DNA of 64,000 nucleotides. Origin: the human T2T-CHM13v2.0 reference genome, Homo sapiens. Where the stretch lies: the NCBI RefSeq assembly GCF_009914755.1, contig NC_060928.1. One strand, written 5' to 3'. Shown one piece after another: positions 29,301 to 39,700 of this stretch (its first letter is position 1; each line of letters starts with the position of its first letter). The translations under genes and the position numbers were made by a program. Below the pieces are notes generated by a model that was not told where the DNA came from, made no database searches, and saw nothing but the letters and a program-made list of their open reading frames with translations.

Positions 29301-32300
29301 TTATTATAAATGTTTGGGTACCTTCATATTTTATGTACAGTATATAATACATACTTTGGGAACTTTTATTTTATGTGCAGTATATAATACATACTTTGGG
29401 TACTTTGATATTTTATGTACAGTATATAATACACACTTTGGGTACTTTGATATTTTATGTACAGTATATAATACACACTTTGGGTACTTTGATATTTTAT
29501 GTACAGTATATAATACATACTTTGGGTACTTTGATGTATTATGTACAGTATATAATACATACTTTGGGTACTTTGATATTTTATGTATAGTATATAATAC
29601 ATACTTTGAGTACTTTGATATTTTATGTACAGTATATAATACATACTTTGGGTACTTTAATATTTTATGTATAGTATATAATACCTACTTTGGGTAATTT
29701 GATATTTTGTGGACAGTATATAATACATGCTTTGGGTAAGTTGATATTTTATGTACAGTATATAATATATAGTTTGGGTACTTTGATATTTTATATACAG
29801 TATATAATACATACTTTGGGTACTTTGATATTTTTTGTACAGTATATAAAACATACTTTGGGGAGTTTGATATTTTATGAACAGTATATAATACACATTT
29901 TGGGTACTTTGATATTTTATGTACAGTATATAATACATACTTTGGGTACTTTGATATTTTACGTACAGTATATAATACATACGTTGGGTACTTTGATATT
30001 TTATGTACAGTATATAATACATACATTGGATACTTCGATATTTTATGTGCAGTACCGTATATATAGTTTGGGTATTTTGATATTTTATGTCGAGTATAAA
30101 ATAAATAGTTTTGTTACTTTGATATTTTATGTACAGGTTATAGTTTGAGTACTTTGATATTTAATGTTCAGTTTATTATAAATGTTTGGGTGCTTTCATA
30201 TTTTATATACAGTATATAATACATACTTTGGGCACCTTGATATTTTATGTACAGTATATAATACATACTTTGAGTACTTTGATATTTTATGTACGGTATA
30301 TAATACATACATTGGGTACTTTGATATTTTATGTACAGTATATAATATATAGTTTGGGTACTTTGATATTTTATATACAGTATATAATATATATTATGTG
30401 TACTTTGATATATTCTGTGCAGTATATAATATATAGTTTGGGTTGTTTGATATTTTATATACAGTATATAATATATAGTTTGGGTAGTTTGATATTTTAA
30501 GTACAGTATGTAATATATACTTTGTGTTATTTGATATTTTATGTACAGTATACAATATATAGTACTGGTACTTTGATATTTCATGTAAAGTATATAGTTT
30601 GAGTACTTTGATATTTTATATACAGTTTATTATAAATGTTTGGGTACCTTCATATTTTATGTACAGTATATAATACATACTTTGGGAACTTTTATTTTAT
30701 GTGCAGTATATAATACATACTTTGGGTACTTTGATATTTTATGTACAGTATATAATACACACTTTGGGTACTTTGATATTTTATGTACAGTATATAATAC
30801 ACACTTTGGGTAGTTTGATATTTTATGTACAGTATATAATACACACTTTGGGTACTTTGATATTTTATGTACAGTATATAATACACACTTTGGGTAGTTT
30901 GATATTTTATGTACAGTATATAATACATACTTTGGGTACTTTGATGTATTATGTACAGTATATAATACATACTTTGGGTACTTTGATATTTTATGTACAG
31001 TATATATTACATACTTTGGGTACTTTGATATTTTATGTACAGTATACAATATATAGTTTGAGTACTTTGATATTTTATGTACTGTATAAAATATATAGTT
31101 TTGGTACTTTGATATTTTATGTACAGTATATAGTTTGAGTACTTTGATATTTTATGTACAGTTTGTTATAAATATTTGGGTGCTTTCATATTTTATGTAC
31201 TGCATATAATACATGCTTTGGGCACTTTGATATTTTATGTACAGTATATAATACATACTTTGGGTACTCTGATATTTTATGTACAGTGTATAATACATAC
31301 TTTGGGTACTTTGATATTTTATGTACAGTATATAATACATACATTGGGTACTTTGATATATTATGTACAGTATATAATACTTACTTGGGGTACTTTGATA
31401 TTTTATGTACAGTATATAATACATAGTTTGTGTACTTTGATATTTTATGTACAGTATATAATACATACTTTCGGTACTTTGATATTTTATGTACAGTATA
31501 TAATACATACTTTGGGTATCTTGATATTTTATGTACAGTATATAATGCATACTTTGCGTACTTTGATATTTTATGTACAGTATATAATGCATACTTTGGG
31601 TACTTTGATATTTTATGTACAGTATGTAATACATACTTTGGGTACTTTGATATTTTATGTATAGTATATAATACATACTTTGTGTAGTTTGATATTTTAT
31701 GTACAGTATACAATATATAGTTTGAGTACTTTGTTTTTTTATGTCCAGTATAAAATATATAGTTTTCGTAATTGATATTTTATGTACAGAATATAGTTTG
31801 AGTACTTTGATATTTTATGTACACTTTATTATAAATGTTTGGGTACTTTCATATTTTATGTACAGTATATAATACATACTTTGGTCTCTTTGATGTTTTA
31901 TGTACAGTATATAATACATACTTTGGGTTCTTTGATATTTTATGTACAGAATATAATGCATAGTTTTAGGTACTTTTATATTTTATGTACAGTAGATAAT
32001 ACATACTTTGGGTACTTTAATATTTTATGTACAGTATATAATACATACTTTGGGAACTTTGATATTTTATGTACAGTATGTAATACATACTTTGGGTACT
32101 TTGATATTTTATGTACAGTATGTAATACATACTATTGGTACTTTGATATTTTATGTAGAGTATACAATACATAGTTTGAGTACTTTGATATTTTATGTCC
32201 AGTATAAAATATATAGATTTCATACTTTGATATTTTATGTACTGAATGTAGTTTGAGTACTTTGATATTTTATGTACACTTTATTATAAAAGTTTGGGTA

Positions 32301-35300
32301 CTTTCATATTTTACGTACAGTATATAATACATACTTTGGGCATTTTGATGTTTTATGTACAGTATATAATACATACTTTGGGTTCTTTGATATTTTATGT
32401 ACAGCATATAATACATAATTTGGGGATTTTATATTTTATGTACATTATATAATACATACTTTGGGTACTTTTATATTTTATGTACGGTATATAATACATA
32501 CTTTGGGTACTTTGATATATTATGTACAGTACATAATACATACTTTGGGTACTTTGATATATTATGTACAGTATATAATACATACTTAGGGTACTTTGAC
32601 ATTTTATGTACAGTACTTAATACATACTTTGGGTACTTTGATATTTTATGTACAGTATATAATACATACTTTGGGTACTTTGATATTTTATGTACAGTAT
32701 ATAATACATACTTTGGGTACTTTGATATTTTATGTACAGTATATAATACATATTTTGGGTACTTTTATATTTTATGTACAGTATATAATATATAGTTTGA
32801 GTCCTTTTTTTTATGTACTGTATAAAATATATAGTTTTGGTACTTTGATATTTTATGTACAGTATATAGTTTGAATACTTTGATATTTTATGTACAGTTT
32901 TTTATAAATGTTTGGGTGCTTTCATATTTTATGTACAGTATATAATACATACAAAGGGCACTTTGATATTTTATGTACAGTATATAATATATACTTTGGG
33001 TACTTTGATATTTTATATACAGTATATAATATATATTATGTGTACTTTGATATATTATGTACAGTATATAATATATAGTTTGTGTAGTTTGATATTTTAT
33101 GTACAGTATACAATATATAGTATTGGTACTTTGATATTTCATGTAAAGTATATAGTTTGAGTACTTTGATATTTTATATACAGTTTATTATAAATGTTTG
33201 GGTACCTTCATATTTTATGTACAGTATATAATACATACTTTGGGAACTTTTATTTTATGTGCAGTATATAATACATACTTTGGGTACTTTGATATTTTAT
33301 GTACAGTATATAATACACACTTTGGGTACTTTGATATTTTATGTACAGTATATAATACATACTTTGGGTACTTTGATGTATTATGTACAGTATATAATAC
33401 ATACTTTGGGTACTTTGATATTTTATGTACAGTATATTATACGTACTTTGGATACTTTGATATTTTATGTACAGTATATAATACATACTTTGGGTACTTT
33501 AATATTTTATGTATAGTATATAATACCTACTTTGGGTACTTTCATATTTTGTGGACAGTATATAATACATGCTTTGGGTAAGTTGATATTTTATGTACAG
33601 TATATAATATATAGTTTGGGTACTTTGATATTTTATATACAGTATATAATACATACTTTGGGTACTTTGATATTTTCTGTACAGTATATAATGCATACTT
33701 TGGGTACTTTGATATTTTATGTACAGTATATAATGCATACTTTGGGTACTTTCATATTTTATGTACAGTATATAATAAATACTTTGGGTACTTTGATATT
33801 TTATGTACAGTATATAATATATAGTTTGGGTAATTTGATATTTTATGTACAGTATTTAATACATACTTTGCGTACTTTGATATTTTATGTACAGTATATA
33901 ATACATACTTTGGGTACTTTGATATTTTATGTACAGTATACGATATATAGTTTGAGTACTTTGCTATTTTATGTCCCGTATAAAATATATAATTTAGGTA
34001 CTTTGATGTTTTATGTACAGAACATAGTTTGAGTACTTTGATATTTTATGTACACTTTATTATAAATGTTTGGGTAATTTCATATTTTATGTACAGTATA
34101 TAATACATATTTTGGGCACTTGTATAATTTATGTACAGTATAAAATACATTCTCTGGGTTCTTTGATATTTTATGTACAGTATATAATACATACTTTGGG
34201 TACTTTGATACTTTAAGTACAGTATATAATACATACTTTGGGTACTTTGATATTTTATGTAGAGTATATAATACATATTTCGGGTACTTTGATATTTTAT
34301 GTACTGTATATAATATATAGTTTGTGGACTTTCATATTTTATGTAGAGTATATAATACATACTTTGGGTACTTTGATATATTATGTACAGTATATAATAT
34401 ATAGTTTGGGTACTTTTATATTTTATGTACAGTATATAGTACATAGGTTGGGTACTTTGATATTTTATGTACAGTTTATAATACATATTTTGGGTACTTC
34501 GATATTTTATGGACAGTATACTATATATAGTTTGGGTACTTTGATATTTTATGTCCAGTATAAAATAAATAGTTTTGGTACTTTCATATTTTATGTACAG
34601 TATATAGTTTGGGTATTGTGATATTTAATGTACACTTTATTATAAATGTTTGGGTGTTTCATATTTCATGTACAGTATATAATACATAATTTGGGCACTT
34701 TCATATTTTATGTACAGTATATAATACATACCTTGGGTACTTTGATATTTTATGTACATTATATAATACATACTTAGGGTATTTCGATATTTTATGGACA
34801 GTATAGTATATATAGTTTGGGTACTTTGATATTTTATTTCCAGTATAAAATAAATAGTTTTGGTAGTTTCATATTTTATGTACAGTATATAGTTTGAGTA
34901 CTGTGATATTTTATGTACAGTTTATTATAAATATTTGGGTGTTTCATATTTCATGTACAGTATATAATACATAATTTGGGCCCTTTGATATTTTATGAAC
35001 AGTATATAATACATACATTGGGTACTTTGATATTTTATGTACAGTGTATAATACATACATTGTGTTCTTTGATATTTTCTGTACAGTGTATAATACACAT
35101 TTTGGGTACTTTGATATTTTATGTACAGTATATAATACATACTTTGGGTACTGTGATATTTTATGTACAGTATATAATGCATATTTTGGGTAATTTTATA
35201 GTTTATGTACAGTATATAATACATAATTTGGGTACTTTTATACGTACATTATAAAATGCATACTTTGCATACTTTGATAGTTTATGTACAGTATATAATA

Positions 35301-35480
35301 CATACTTTGGGTATTTTGATATTTTATGTACAGTATATAATATATAGTTTGGGTACTTTGATATTTTAAGTACAGTATATAATACATACATTGGGTACTT
35401 TGATATTTTATGTACAGTATATAAAACATATTTTGGGTACTTTGATATATTACGTACAGTATATAATACATACTTTGGGT

Positions 35481-35500
35481 AATTTGGTGGACATTTGCAG
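35481..35500 (+). other. HSat1A / alpha-satellite junction (breakpoint 35486|35487)
   Basis: The sequence reads ...catactttgggtaatttg|gtggacatttgcagcgctttgaggcctatg... The left part is an HSat1A monomer. The right part is the distal ~70 bp of alpha HOR monomer 14 (compare 39057-39126). Confidence 0.9.
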
Positions 35501-35556
35501 CGCTTTGAGGCCTATGTTGAAAAAGGAAATATCTTCTCATAAAAACCAGAAACAAG

Positions 35557-36746
35557 CATTCTCAGAAAGTTATTTTTGATGTGTGTACTCAAGTAACAGA
35601 GTTGAACCTTATTTTTGCCACAGCAGTTTTTAAACAATCTTTTTGTAGAATCTGCAAGTGGATATTTGGATAGCTTTGAGGATTTCGTTGGAAACGGGTT
35701 ATCTTCATATTAAATCCAGACAGAAGCATTCTCAGAAACTTCTTTGTGCTGTATGTCCTCAATTCACAGAGTTGAACCTTTGTTTGGATACAACATTTTG
35801 GAAACATTCCTTTAGTAGAATCTGCAAGTTGATATTTAGATAGCTTTGAAGATTTCGTTGGAAACGGGAATATCTTCGTAAAAAATCTAGACGGAAGCAT
35901 TGCCAGAAACTGCTTTCTGATGTTTGCATACAAGTCACAGAATTAAATATTCTTTTATAGAGCAGGTTTGAAACACTCTTTCTGCACTACCCGGAAGTGG
36001 AGATTTCTAGCGCTTTGAGGCCTATGGTGAGAAAGGAAATATCTTCCCATAAAAACTAGACAGAAGCCTTCTCAGAAACTTGTTTGAGATGTGTATATTC
36101 AACTAACAGAGTTGAACATTTCTTTTTACAGAGCAGTTTTAAAACACTCTTTTTGTGGAATCTGTAAGCGGATAATTGGGTAGCTTTGTGGATTTCGTTG
36201 GAAACGGGATGACGTATAAAATCTAGAGAGAAGCATTCTCAGGAACTACTTTCTGATGTTTGCATTCAAGTCACAGAATTGAACATTCCTTTTCATAGTG
36301 CAGGTTTGAAACACTCTTTCTGTAGTATCTGGAAGTGGACATTTCAAGCGCTTTCAGGCCTATGGAGAGAAAGGAAATATCTTCAAATAAAAACTAGACA
36401 GAAGGATTCTCAGAAACTTATTTGTGATGTGTGTCCTAAACGAACACAGTTGAATCTTTGTTTTGATACAGCATTTTGGAAACACTCCTTTTGTAGAATC
36501 TGCAGGTGGATATTTGGATAGATTTTAAGATTTCGCTAGAAACGGGAATTTCTGCATATAAACTCAAGACAGATGCATTCTCAGAAACTTCTCTGTGATG
36601 TCTGCATTCCACTCATAGAGTTGAAAACTTCCTTTCATAGAGCAGTTTTGAAACACTCTTTTTGTAATATTTGCAAGTGGACATTTGCAGCGCTTTGAGG
36701 CCTATGGAGAAAAAGGAAATATCTTCCCATAAAAACCAGAAACAAG
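35557..36746 (+). repeat. Diverged 7-monomer (1190 bp) unit at the array edge: monomer 1/8 hybrid followed by monomers 9-14
   Basis: Monomer starts are 35557, 35727, 35898, 36067, 36234, 36405 and 36576. The first monomer starts like monomer 1 (aacaag, tttttgatg, aaacaatc) and ends like monomer 8 (aaacgggtta, aaatccagac). It is followed by the monomer 11/13/14 diagnostics gggatgacgtat, cctaaacgaacac and agatgcatt. Confidence 0.8.
35683..35699 (+). promoter_or_regulatory. First CENP-B box after the junction
   Basis: TTTCGTTGGAAACGGGT with an intact core, ~200 bp from HSat1A. Confidence 0.85.
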
Positions 36747-39700
36747 CATTCTCAGAAACTTCTTTTTGATGTGTGTACTCAAGTAACAGAGTTGAACCTT
36801 CCTTTTGACACAGCAGTTTTGAAACAATCTTTTTGTAGAATCTGCAAGTGGATATTTGGATAGCTTTGAGGATTTCGTTGGAAACGGGATATCTTTATAT
36901 AAAACATAGACAGAAGCATTCTCAGAAAGTTCTTTGTGCTGTATGTCCTCAATTAACAGAGTTGAACCATGGCTTGGATACAGCATTTTGGAAACATTCC
37001 TTGAGTAGAATCTGCAAGTTGATATTTAGATAGATTTGAAGATTTCGTTGGAAACGGAAATATCTTCATATAAAATCTAGACGGAAGCATTCTCAGAAAC
37101 TGCTTTGTGATGTTTCCATTCAAGTCACAGAGTTGAATATTCTCTTTTATAGAGCACGTTTGAAACACTCTTTCTGCACTATCTGGAAGTGGACATTTCG
37201 AGCGCTTTGAGGCCCACGGTGAAAAAGGAAATATCTTCCCATAAAAACTAGACAGAAATATTCTCAGAAACTTGTTTTGATGTGTGTATTCAACTAACAG
37301 AGTTGAACTTTTGTTTTTACAGAGCAGTTTTAAAACACTCTTTTTCTGGAATCAGAAAGTGGATATTCGGATGGCTCTGAGGATTTCGTTGGAAGCGGGA
37401 TTACATATAAAATCTAGAGAGAAGCATTCTCAGGAACTTCTTTGTGATGTTTGCATTCAAGTCACAGAATTGAATATTCACTTTTATAGAGCAGGTTTGA
37501 AACACTCATTCTGTAGTATCTGGAAGTGGACTTTTCAAGCGCTTTCAGGCCTATGGTGAGAAAGGAAATATCTTCAAATAAAAACTAGACAGAAGCATTC
37601 TCAGAAACTTATTTATGATGTGTGTCCTCAACTAACAGAGTTGAACCTTGGTTTAGATACAGCATTTTGGAAACACTCCTTTGTAGAATCTGCAGGTGGA
37701 TATGTGGATAGCTTTGAAGATTTCGTTGGAAACGGGAATTTCTTCATATAAAATCAAACAGAAGCATTCTCAGAAACTTCTCTGTGACGTTTGCATTCAG
37801 CTCATGGAGTTGAACACTTCCTTTCATAGAGCAGGTTTGAAACACTCTTTTTGCACTACCTGGAAGCGGACATTTCGGGCGCTTTGAGGCCTCTGGTGAA
37901 AAAGGAAATATCTTCTCATAAAAACCAGAAAGAAGCATTCTCAGAAACTTCTTTGTGTTGTGTGTACTCAAGTAACAGTGTTGAACCATCCTTTTGACAG
38001 AGCAGTTTTGAAACACTCTTTTGGTAGAATCTGCAAGTGGATATTTGGAGAGCTTTGAGGATTTCGTTGGAAACGGGTTATCTTCATATAAAATCCAGAC
38101 AGGAGCATTCTCAGAAACTTCTTTGTGCTGTATGTCCTCAATTCACAGAGCTGAACCTTTGTTTGGATACAGCGTTTTGGAGACATTCCTTTAGTAGAAT
38201 CTGCAAGTTGATATTTAGATAGCTTTGAAGATTTCGTTGGAAACGGGAATATCTTCATAGAAAATCTAGACGGAAGCATTCTCAGAAACTGCTTTGTGAT
38301 GTTTGCATTCAAGTCACAGAGTTGAATATTCCCTTTTATAGAGTAGGTTTGAAACACTCTTTCGGCACTACCTGGAAGTGGATATTTCGAGCTGTTTGAG
38401 GCCTATGGTTAAAAGGAAATATCTTCCCATAAAAACTAGACAGAAGCCGTCTCAGAAACTTGTTTGTGATGTGTGTACTCAACTAACAGAGCTGAACATT
38501 TCTGTTACAGAGCAGTTTTAAAACACTCTTTTTGTGGAATCTGAAAGTGGATAATTGGATAGCTTTGTGGATTTCGTTGGAAACGGGATGACGTATAAAA
38601 TCTAGAGAGAAGCATTCTCAGGAACTTCTTTCTGATGTTTGCATTCAAGTCACAGAATTGAACATTCCTTTTCATAGTGCAGGTTTGAAACACTCTTTCT
38701 GTAGTATCTGGAAGTGGACATTTCAAGCGCTTTCAGGCCTATGGGGAGAAAGGAAATATCTTCAAATTAAAAACTAGACAGAAGGATTCTCAGAAACTTA
38801 TTTGTGATGTGTGTCCTAAACGAACACAGTTGAACCTTTGTTTTGATACAGCATTTTGGAAACACTCCTTTTGTAGAATCTGCAGGTGGATATTTGGATA
38901 GATTTTAAGATTTCGTTGGAAACGGGAATTTCTTCATATAAACTCAAGAGAGATGCATTCTCAGAAACTTCTCTGTGATGTTTGCATTCCACTCATAGAG
39001 TTGAAAACTTCCTTTCATCGAGCACGTTTGAAACACTCTTTTTGTAATATTTGGAAGTGGACATTTGCAGCGCTTTGAGGCCTATGGTGAAAAAGGAAAT
39101 ATCTTCTCATAAAAACCAGAAACAAGCATTCTCAGAAACTTCTTTTTGATGTGTGTACTCAAGTAACAGAGTTGAACCTTCCTTTTGACACAGCAGTTTT
39201 GAAACAATCTTTTTGTAGAATCTGCAAGTGGATATTTGGATAGCTTTGAGGATTTCGTTGCAAACGGGATATCTTCATATAAAATCTAGACAGAAGCATT
39301 CTCAGAAACTTCTTTGTGCTGTATGTCCTCAATTAACAGAGTTGAACCATTGCTTGGATACAGCATTTTGGAAACATTCCTTTAGTAGAATCTGCAAGTT
39401 GATATTTAGATAGATTTGAAGATTTCGTTGGAAACGGGAATATCTTCATATAAAATCTAGACGGAAGCATTCTCAGAAACTGCTTTGTGATGTTTCCATT
39501 CAAGTCACAGAGTTGAATATTCTCTTTTATAGAGCACGTTTGAAACACTCTTTCTGCACTATCTGGAAGTGGACATTTCGAGCGCTTTGAGGCCTATGGT
39601 GAAAAAGGAAATATCTTCCCGTAAAAACTAGACAGAAGCATTCTCAGAAACTTGTTTGTGATGTGTGTATTCAACTAACAGAGTTGAACTTTTGTTTTTA

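Larger units (their letters stand above)
1..35486 (+). repeat. Human satellite 1A (HSat1A / SAR) 42-bp tandem array; open at the left window edge
   Basis: Continuous 42-bp unit GTACTTTGATATTTTAT (17) + GTACAGTATATAATACATACTTTGG (25), with two RsaI GTAC sites per unit. This is the classical satellite 1 17+25 bp structure. It is very AT-rich and in one orientation throughout. The 14-codon period explains the LGTLIFYVQYIIHT-type ORFs. Confidence 0.95.

Noticed and set aside
28-35391. Well over a hundred ORFs up to 395 aa (LGTLIFYVQYIIHT, YFGYFDILCTVYNT, MYYILYIKYQSTQS and KISKYPKYVLYTVH repeats)
   Set aside because: The 42-bp unit equals 14 codons, and the consensus lacks stops in four of six frames. 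The ORFs overlap on both strands, start at arbitrary TTG/ATG codons and end at random SNVs or cassettes. There is no gene structure.
1-35486. CRISPR-like appearance (constant 17-bp part alternating with a more variable 25-bp part)
   Set aside because: The variable parts are point variants of one consensus rather than unique spacers. There are no cas genes or leader, and the context is primate centromeric DNA.
35238-35579. ORFs spanning the junction (35238-35555 minus, 35391-35579 plus)
   Set aside because: They are chance read-through between two satellites, and are useful only as markers of the breakpoint.
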